From Trichinella spiralis (Eukaryota), in the NCBI RefSeq assembly GCF_000181795.1, contig NW_003526941.1, positions 5,888,099 to 5,921,823 of the forward strand: a DNA stretch of 33,725 nt, written 5' to 3'. The notes beneath the pieces are model-generated. The model worked only from the letters and a program-made list of their open reading frames with translations. It made no database searches and was not told the DNA's origin. Below, piece after piece: positions 25,342-33,725 of this stretch (positions within the stretch are counted from its first letter, which is position 1; every line of letters begins with the position of its first letter). The position numbers and the translations under genes were made by a program.

Positions 25342-26342
25342 ATGATCATTTATCGAGATTTGTTTAGCGGTAATTGAATTTTTGTGTTAAATTTTATGAC
25401 ATCAGTGAAAGACACAGATATATTTTAGGCGACGAATTGTGTAGCGATACGTTTCCCATGAAAGTTGTCAATGATGTAGTGTTCGAATTTACTGGGAAAG
25501 TAAGTTCAATTGTTTTAGCAAGTTTGAAATTAAATTTCGTTCGATATTTATTTGAATTAATGAACACTGACTCTTTTGTCAGTTTTACTGATAAATAGAT
25601 TTAGTGAGGAAAATTTTTTTTTAATTGTCATTTCTATATAGTGAGTGTTTGTTCAACGTAAATTCATTCAACAGCTTTCATTTCATATGAATATTAATTT
25701 CGAGCAAATGTTTCTTTTTTTATAGCATGTTGTTAGAAAATTGGGCGAAGTCACTCTGGAAGGGGCGAATCCTTCCGCAGAAGAATTTGATGAAGGTACA
25801 GAGGAACAATTGGAGAGCGGAATTGATATTGTTTTAAATCATCAGCTGATGGAAATGCCCATGTACCAAGATATTAAAATTTTCAAAGACTGGATCAAGG
25901 AATACATGAAAAAGTTCTGGAATTCAGAATAGCATTTTGTCAATTTGTAAATGTTGTTGTTGTAGACTTGTTGAAAAAATGAAGTCTGATGGCGAATCAG
26001 AAGAATCTATTAGTAATTTTAAGAAAAACATGCAGGAGTATGTATCATCCTTGCTGAAGAAAGATAGGTTCAAAGAGCTTCAGTTTTTTTCTGGTACGAA
26101 ACTGGTTAACAATGTAATATTGGCTGTTTTTTTAGTGTTCTGGTATTTTCATTTTTTTAGGGCCAGGCGACAATGCTGCCGAAGGTCAATTGGCCATAGT
26201 TGAATATCGTCAGGTCAGTGACACGGAACAGCCTATTGTTATGCTTATCAAACAAGGGCTAACTGTCGAGAAATGCGTAAGTATTATGTGGTCAATTATA
26301 TTTTATTGTGTCAAAATTGAAAAAACATTTTTCTTTCAGTGA
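25342..26342 (+). CDS. tct-1: Translationally controlled tumour protein (TCTP/TPT1), 177 aa
   Basis: Exons 25342-25369 (MIIYRDLFS), 25429-25499 (GDELCSDTFP), 25726-25913 (GANPSAEE..SGIDIVLNHQL), 25966-26093, 26161-26276 (KQGLTVEKC), with the TGA at the start of the last exon 26340-26342. Confidence 0.97.
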
Positions 26343-26450
26343 ACAAGGAAGGAAGTTACACGTGTGTTTATGCCAACTACTCACTGTGACGTGTCAGTTG
26401 ACAATTCTGTTCAACATAGTTCCTTTATGCTCGATTTAACAAAGACGTGA

Positions 26451-26456
26451 AATAAA
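26451..26456 (+). terminator. Probable polyadenylation signal (AATAAA) of tct-1
   Basis: AATAAA ~110 nt after the tct-1 stop, followed by T-rich sequence. The motif is common in AT-rich DNA. Confidence 0.5.
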
Positions 26457-26808
26457 ATTTGATTGAAAATTATTTGTTGTAAAAAATTTTCTGACGTAAA
26501 TCTTAAAAAGTGACGTAATCATTTCCTTTGTGTAATTTCCTATAAATGTTGGGGAAATTTGATTTAATTACAATATTATCTATTTTTAATTTAAAGCGGA
26601 ACTTGCGCTAAATATTGGCAAAGAAGGCGACACAATTAAGAGAATTAATTAAAAAAAAATTATATCACTGTTACAACAGGAATATTGCGTCTTGCCATAT
26701 TCAATCGAAAACAACTTGCATATTCCATAACCTGAATACAGTATGCCAATAAGGTACTTACTTTAACAAACGTGTGAAAATGTCCGCTTTTTTCGAGTTG
26801 TAATTAAA

Positions 26809-27231
26809 ATGGAAAAGACGTCCGCAAAAGAATATTATTTTGCCATAGTTGATATGAATGACCGCTTGATGTTTGAGCTGAACATTTCGAAAAAGAACGA
26901 TTTCGATTCTATGCTGCTTAAGCAATTAATTGCTCATGCTTCTTTGGACATCGTGGATGAGGCAGCCGCTGAACAGTCGCACATGATGATCAAACAAGTG
27001 GAAAAATACAACGAATGGAACATATCGGCATTCGTCACTTCTAGTGGAGTCCGCTTTCTTATGCTTCACACAGCGAAGAATGACGAAGGAATAAAGAATT
27101 TTTTCATCGAAATATATGAAATGTATATCAAATTGGCAATGAATCCTTTTCATAGGATTGGCGAGAAAATCGAATCTCCTGCTTTTCACAAACGAGCTCA
27201 GCTTTATGGAAGAAAATATTTACTTGCTTAA
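26809..27231 (+). CDS. TRAPPC2: Trafficking protein particle complex subunit 2 (sedlin/Trs20), single coding exon, 140 aa
   Basis: YYFAIV..D...FE, QLIAHASLDIVDE, EKYNEWNISAFVT, RFLMLH, IKNFFIEIYEMYIKLAMNPF, F..RAQLYGRKYL are sedlin hallmarks, and the length is typical. Confidence 0.95.
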   Translation: MEKTSAKEYYFAIVDMNDRLMFELNISKKNDFDSMLLKQLIAHASLDIVDEAAAEQSHMMIKQVEKYNEWNISAFVTSSGVRFLMLHTAKNDEGIKNFFIEIYEMYIKLAMNPFHRIGEKIESPAFHKRAQLYGRKYLLA

Positions 27232-28001
27232 AGTATAGTTTTTTTTCGAGATGCTTTCGGTGAATTTAAAATTTAAATTAACATTGAACATTAGTTGTTT
27301 TAAATTAAAACCATGTCTTGACGAATTGTGGAACGTCATATTTGTTTCTATGATCTAATATTTTTTTTTAGTTGAGCATAGACTTGTATGTTCGGAGTGT
27401 TGCGTTACGCGCATTAACAGTCAATGAAAAAAAATAGATTTGCCATCCTCGACATTTATTGGTCTAATGTCAAAGCTTATATAGGTATGATGAATATTAA
27501 AGTTGCTATTTTCACTGGTGTTTAGTTGTTCTGCGTTTTGAATAAATATTGAAGCTAACACTTTGCCGATTAGCGCGAGGATAAGCTGTCACTCTATAAA
27601 ATCTGGGAATATAAAAGTATCTTTCATGTTTTCCACTTTGAAAATAGTAGATTTTCGTATTTTACGAACACGAAACTATTCAATGAATCTGTTGCTGACA
27701 TTGTTAATGCTAATTTGGGTATTAGACATTATTTTCACACTTATCTGTGTTGTTTACAGTATCTCACCTGCATTTAATTTTGTACAGTAATTATATTTCT
27801 GTGTAATTAAGGATGAAAGTCGTCCGGTTCATGACATGCTTTTGAATATCTCATGAACTACCGTGCAAGAAGCTTATCAACAACTTCAAAAAATATTTAA
27901 TAATTTAAATAGGCTAAAATGGCTTTTCTTTTCAAGTTGTTGGTTCTTTTTTTATTGGTTAAGCACTAAAGAAAAAATTTATTACCCATTTTTCGTTATG
28001 T

Positions 28002-28011
28002 NNNNNNNNNN
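28002..28011. other. Assembly gap (10 N)
   Basis: Run of N. The gene-dense region ends before it. Confidence 0.99.
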
Positions 28012-30825
28012 TTTTTGTTCAGTAAATACTGTAGTCTATGGTGTGACTCATGCATTGTACACGTTTTTAAAGCAAACATGCATTTCTAGGTCAGAAGAGT
28101 AACTTATGCAAATGTGATGGTAAGCACTGCCGTTGGCATTCTGCTACGTGCACTTTGTGCTATTCAAATGAGGTAGCAATGTTCCTTATATAAATTTCTG
28201 TTTATTGAGAGAACTGCATTATAGTATAAATGTTCGCTGCTGAACGGTGGTCTAATTACTTACTGCACTGCGTTGTTTCGTCATTTTCATGGTTCAGTTC
28301 AACAAATACGTTGTGATTGTAAGACTAAAAATATGCAGAAACCACGAACATCAGTTACAAAATGTAAGACTCTACGTTTGTCTTATACGTCATCCCTGAT
28401 AGGTATGCTGACAGGTATGAATTTTCATATATTTGCTATTTTTTCATACAATGTTTTCTTTCTTTCTCTTGGCACACTGCACTAAACATGCGCGCTTTTA
28501 AAGCTTTTCGTAGTTGCTTAATTTTAGTCTTTTTGAATGGAAACTAGCGCGTTGTTCTTCAGTAATGATGTTCAATTAATATTCGAGACTTTATTACGTC
28601 CAAGTCAATATATAATAGTAATAATGGTATATATTGCTATAATTTTCAATCGTCTTTACAGATCCATTTGTAAAGTAGTACTCTGACATAGCAGTTGAAC
28701 CCCTCCCGCATTATCTTTACCGTTCACTGTAATGTTTATTGCTAAGGTAACATACTTGCCCAATTGTTTAAAGGAAATGTCTGTCACCGGGATACTGCAG
28801 TCGCACAATCGCACCCCTAAATGCTTGTTACTGCTCAAATCGTGCACAAGATTGTTTCAGCATGACATAGGAAAGCTGATGTTAGCTGGAGAACACACTT
28901 TTATACTACCACCTTTGATACTTTCAGAATGTTAGAAACGTTCCTTTCATTTTTGAAATGACTCCTTAAAGTTTCTGTTATGTTATTGTACCGCCAATAG
29001 CACTGACTTATACAGATGCCCCTATTTTCTGTCATTGAGAAAATAACTCAATGCCCCTCAATGTCGGCAGTATTGATAAATGAAACAACGCCTGAATATT
29101 ATACGTGGAGGTTGAGTAGTAGGGCGCATATGTCAACTTCCACCTCCCCCATCCTTCAACCTCTCCCTCATTCCTTCCTGCTATGCTGTCCCGCCCTCCT
29201 TTCCTGTCCAATGATCCCCATCATTGAGCTCCTAATAATACTAAGCTGAACAGAGATCGTATTAAACTGAAAATTCTGCCCACCCCCTATTTCGAGATGA
29301 AGGAACAGCTCTTTGCTGTTTTTATCTCATATAAATCTAATTTCTCATAATTGATATCGACTGGCAATATAACCAAATCGAGGCTACTCGTGATTCTTTT
29401 GTTTTATTCTTTTCATGAAAAGCAATACAAAATTGTCACCCGCATAAGTTTCTTGAATTCATTGCAAATCGATCAGTTACTGAATTTCTGCGATTAGGGT
29501 TTTTCTCATATTGTATGAAGCACGCTGATGGAGTGCTCAACTAAGTTTTCAGTCTTGCTATAAATTATCATAAGGCGCAAACGAACGTGGAGGTGAGCTG
29601 TCACGCGGCTTACCCCCTGAAGCAGCCGCTTACCATCATGATGTCTACGCTGCGCACTTGTTAACTTCTGTGCTGAGATGAATTGTATATTATAAAATAC
29701 CTGTCGCAGTTATCATCATAAAATTTCATGAGAACTGTTAATTTTCCATAAATCTGAAAACGTATTTTATTTTTGCAACTATTTTCAGTGGAAGCTATTT
29801 TTTTCCATATAATTTTGATTAGATGAGAAACATTGGTAAAATATAAATTATTGAATCACCTTGTACTTTCAAGCAACTATATTGCACAACATGCATATAT
29901 ACGCAGTGATCGCATTTCCGTTTATTTTTAGTAATATGCGATGCTTCAGGTAAATAATATTTCCTTTTAGGTAATTTTAGGGAAAAATATTTGCATAACA
30001 ATGCAATATTACGTAGTAATATGAAGTGTGTAAATAGAAACGTAATAAATTTCATCGTCTCGTTTCATAATGTTGCTCATAATGTTCATTTTAGTGCGCT
30101 ATTACTGATGGAAAATTAGGTTGTTCTTCCTGAGGCAAAGTAAATAGTCATTTGCATAATTTATTTATTATACAATTGACCAAGCACATCGATTTTATTA
30201 GGTTATGCAGTTCACTGCAATGCTATCAATCTAGCACGTGGTCAACTATAATTCCGCTCTTAAGCACCATCCATGAATAACTGGTAAGTTGGCTTTGATA
30301 TTTTGGTGGTGGAATGCTATGCATGTTACTTTTCTTATATGGTGAATGGAAACTGACGGGTTTCTTTTTTATTGTTGTTATTGCTAACTTTCAGGTACAT
30401 CAGATGCTGAAGAAGAAGGAATTCTTTGTTTTTTATTTTGTGATATAATTCACTTTCAGAATTGACATTATTTTATATTCATATCAATGAATGTGAAACA
30501 AACTATCTGAAAACTTACTGAATATGGTAACTATGCATCTTCATAAATGTGCCTTGCTTTTCACTTGAATTTTTCTGTTAAATTTAGTTTTTAGGTTACA
30601 GTGCGAATAGCGCCACATTACTTTCATTCTAACTGCAGCATTAATATAAAATTATCATGTATATGATATCATAGATTGGGTGGTCTTGATTCAATTCTTT
30701 TACGAATTGAAAATTACATTTGCCTTGCTACATTTTGAAAATTCACGGATGCAATCTATTATCAGTAAAGACGGGTAAAAGTTGTTGAACAGTGATTGTT
30801 GAAGTTGCTGACAGCGTTCAAAAAA

Positions 30826-32233
30826 CGTATGACAAAAAACAGTAAGTATTGACTTTGTTTAATTAGATAGCAAGACGATGGATTTATCAGATATATGTCG
30901 AATTTGGTAAAATCTATAATTACAGATTCCGTCATCACCCGAGCTTTTATGGAGTTTTATTTGTTCTGGACACAGTGATGTCATGTTCAGATTATTTCGT
31001 TCTAAGTGTGGCATCCGTGAGTATTGAATTTGCTCCTGATGGCAGTTGCATCGTACAGTGTACACATTTTACCCATGACAGCATTACATTGACGTCAAGC
31101 GAATACGATAATTCTTCTGATGGCGCTCTGAGTTAGATGAAGTTGGTGCAGTGACGTTTCCCTGTTGTCCTAGTATGGTTTCACTTATCACAAGAGTAAG
31201 AAGGAATTTATTGTAATTGTAGCAATTTCGCTGTGTCAGTCGAGCAGCGTTTCTACACATCCTGACTGCGTATTGGTGCTTGTTCCTTTTAGTGCGTTTT
31301 GAATGTGATACGACAAAAATTAGTGTGTAGTTTTTGTTAATAATAGCAATGGATTACGTCATGATGCTTGTTCCGTTGGCAACCCTTGTTCACATGGACA
31401 TAAAGACGTTTCCTAGCCGTCCCAGTGTGCCTTTGTTTATCACATATGGTATCGTTTATCAGTAAGTATTGAATTTGATTAATTAGATAGCTGGAAGATG
31501 CGAGTGTTGCATGTATTGAATTAGATAGCATCTATAATGGCAGATAACATCATTATCTGAACTTTTCAGTTTCCTTTCGCTCTGGACACCGTGCTTAGTC
31601 GTGTTCACATCAGTTTGTTCTAGATGTGGCATCACAAACATTCGTAAGTATTTAACTTGCTCCTGATTGCAGTTGGATACGTAAAGCGTGCACATTTTAT
31701 CCATGACAGCATTACATTAGCATCAAGCGAATTCGATGTTTCTTCTGATGGCCCTCTGAGTTGAAGTTGACGCAGTGACGTTCATCATCGGTACTAGTGT
31801 GGTTTCACTTATCATAAGAGTAAGAAAGAAATGATTGTAATTCTAGCAGATTACGTTGAGACAGTAGAGTTGCGCTGGTGCCCGTATAGATCTTTCGTGA
31901 GTGCGTTTCCAATGTGATATGACAAAAATTAGTAAGTAGTTTTTGTTTATAATAGCTGTGGATTACGTCATCTCACCGTCGCAGTATGCCTTTGTTTATC
32001 ACAAATTCAAAAAGAAGGAATTCGATATCGATGACAGCAATGAAATACGTTAATTAAATAGAACAGGTATGTCTCTGTACTTCTCAGCATTTTGTTCTTG
32101 ATAGCGATGGATTACGCCATCAGAAAATTTTTGTTTAGTCGCAGCCGATGGCACTCTCAAATTGCGTTTCCTACGGTTCTGATGTTTTTCCTTGTCACGC
32201 AAGGTAAGGAAGAATTGCATTATTTTTTGGCAG
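30826..32233 (+). repeat. Diverged tandem duplication (~620-bp period) made of ~85-115-nt modules separated by 24-38-nt GT...AG spacers
   Basis: GTAAGTATTGA.TTTG.TTAATTAGATAGC occurs at 30842 and 31462. Shared blocks CCATGACAGCATTACATT, TTCTTCTGATGGC.CTCTGAGTT, TGGTTTCACTTATCA.AAGAGTAAGAA and AATGTGATA.GACAAAAATTAGT appear in both copies, plus an extra module at 32105-32203. Confidence 0.9.
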
Positions 32234-32403
32234 AATTGTATTTAATGTTTTAGTGCGTAACTGAAGACGAGCCGCATCTTGAATGATCTCCATCGAACAA
32301 CGTATTTATGCTTGCTATATATTTACTATGCCTTTCGTAATATGGCTGTAATAGAATGTAATCATAGAATTCTTCATTTAGAGCAGTAGAGATCGTAAAG
32401 TAG

Positions 32404-33725
32404 TTACGTAGCATTAAAGTAAGTGGATAAAGTAATGCAGGTAAGTAAAGTCGAAGCGGATATAAAGTGCGTACAGGTAAATGGATTGCAGGTAAGTACC
32501 AAAGGTAAGTACGATAACGTAGGGTGCAGGTGAGTAAAATGAAAAGGTAAGTTGTGCAGTAAGGTAAGTAAGGTGCAGGTGAGTAAAATGAAAAGGTAAA
32601 TTGTGCAGTAAGGTAAGTATGAAAAGGAAAGTTGTGCAGGTAAGTATATAAAGAAGGATATCGTAGAGGTAAGTGGATTGAAGTGTGGTAGCGCAGAGGT
32701 AAAGGTAAGTATGAGGCATAACTCTACGTTGAGTGGAGTACGGGAAAGCGCAGTTAAGTAGTGGGGTAATTCTAAAACATGAAAAACAAGAAACGCAAAA
32801 CACAAGTATCGAATAAATTATGCAAATTTTCGAAAAAATACCTGAGGAAATGCCCTGGGCGTCGCCTGAAAGCAAATGAAAATTTGCATAAACCCCCTGA
32901 AGGCAAATATTGTGCAATAAAATGCTTTCGGCGTAGCCTGCGGGAATATGCAAATTTTTATTTGCNCTGGGGCATCNCCTGAGGGCGACGCNNGNGNCTA
33001 AATTTCAAAAAATTTTGAAATTTTCAAAAANNTGCCTGANNNATANCCNNNGNNGTAGCCNGAGGGCATATAAAAATTTGCNTATTANCNNNNNNNGNNN
33101 AAAAATTAGCATAAAAGCTCCNNGNNNNNNNATNNNNNNNNNNNNANNGNCNGNNNNNNAGCNNNACGNGNNNNNNNNNNNTTTNNNTNGNCCTGGNNNN
33201 NANNNNGNNNNNNNANNNNNNNNCTANTTTTTAAAAATTTCGAAANTTTTNGGANANTTTNNCNGGAGGCATAGCCTAAGGGCGTANCCTGAGGGGCGAA
33301 AAAAAATTTTGCATATTACCCATAGGCTATTAAAAATTTGCGATANTTTATNANATAAATGCGCCTCANGNTNTTTAAAATATGTAATTTCAATTTTCNC
33401 NTGNTTACTTCNCCCTGAACNCTCTCTTTTTTTTAANTTACCTACCTTTACNCCCTANACTTACCTTCATATTACTTACCACTTACCTCTGCNGTACTCN
33501 CTTTCACATTTAATACTTCACCTTCCTACCACTTTACCTTTCATCCNTATACATTTACCTACGTTTCACAGGTTACCCTAAACTACTACTTTAACCTTTC
33601 ACACTTATATCTTTACCTTTCACCCCAAAACACTACTTAACCTTCNCACTTATANCTTACCTTTCNTCCTATGCACCTACCTACTTTCAGCAGGTTATAC
33701 TTACCCTTCACCCTAAACACTACTT
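32404..33725. mobile_element. Foldback/MITE-like repeat with inverted minisatellite arms (GGTAAGT-rich left, ACTTACC-rich right) and N-rich core; runs off the window end
   Basis: Left arm ~32415-32770 contains a 49-bp direct repeat at 32523 and 32572. Right arm ~33435-33725 has the complementary composition (CCACTTACCTCTGC vs GTAGAGGTAAGTGG). The core has AAATTTGCATA/TATGCAAATTT and CCTGAGG/CCTGAAG repeats in both orientations. No transposase, termini or TSD can be confirmed. Confidence 0.5.

Noticed and set aside
26611..26702. Imperfect inverted repeat with a miR-31/72-like seed (TGGCAAGA) on the minus strand
   Set aside because: The arms are too far apart and heavily bulged, with an A/T-run loop; it does not look like a Dicer substrate.
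28784..28805. TCACCGGGATACTGCAGTCGCA has the miR-35/36 family seed
   Set aside because: No complementary arm is visible nearby to form a pre-miRNA hairpin.
27563..30055. Short ORFs of 60-80 aa after sedlin
   Set aside because: No coherent exon chain or protein motif; consistent with random ORFs in AT-rich intergenic DNA.
31072..31123. Possible C/D box snoRNA (CCATGACAG...CTGATGG with terminal stem)
   Set aside because: The C box deviates from RTGATGA, the span is only ~50 nt, and the 5' part overlaps an acceptor-like spacer; support is insufficient.
30859..31704. Two similar minus-strand ORFs (30859-31065 and 31483-31704)
   Set aside because: The similarity follows from the DNA duplication. 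There are no recognisable domains, and the conserved splice-like signals are on the plus strand.
30826..32770. Possible CRISPR array or spliced-leader RNA gene cluster
   Set aside because: The context is eukaryotic with no cas genes and no identical repeats with unique spacers. The donors are followed within 30 nt by acceptors rather than by the stem-loops and Sm site of an SL RNA.
32404..33581. Long ORFs of 133, 179 and 188 aa
   Set aside because: Low-complexity translations of minisatellite DNA and N-rich sequence.

Overview
AT-rich eukaryotic DNA with short GT-AG introns (mostly about 50-100 nt), most consistent with a clade I nematode such as Trichinella. This is an inference from composition, intron size and the TCTP and protease sequences. 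The + strand carries the 3' half of a cytochrome P450, a 3-finger C2H2 gene whose C-terminal half is built from eight small symmetric phase-0 exons, heparan sulfate 2-O-sulfotransferase (hst-2) and a small 3-exon DPM2 gene missed by the ORF track. Next come five tandem - strand secreted trypsin-fold genes that have all lost the catalytic His and Ser (pseudoproteases); four share an N-glycosylation sequon next to the dead pocket and two end in NLS-like basic tails. These are followed by VPS41 (+), FIS1 (-, missed by the ORF track) head-to-head with TCTP (+), and an intronless-CDS sedlin/TRAPPC2 (+). After a 10-N gap the last 5.7 kb has no recognisable protein gene. It contains a ~620-bp diverged tandem duplication made of ~100-nt modules separated by 24-30-nt GT...AG 'mini-introns', and a foldback-like element whose arms are dense arrays of 5' splice-site consensus sequences. 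All gene models were assembled by eye from splice signals and reading frame.
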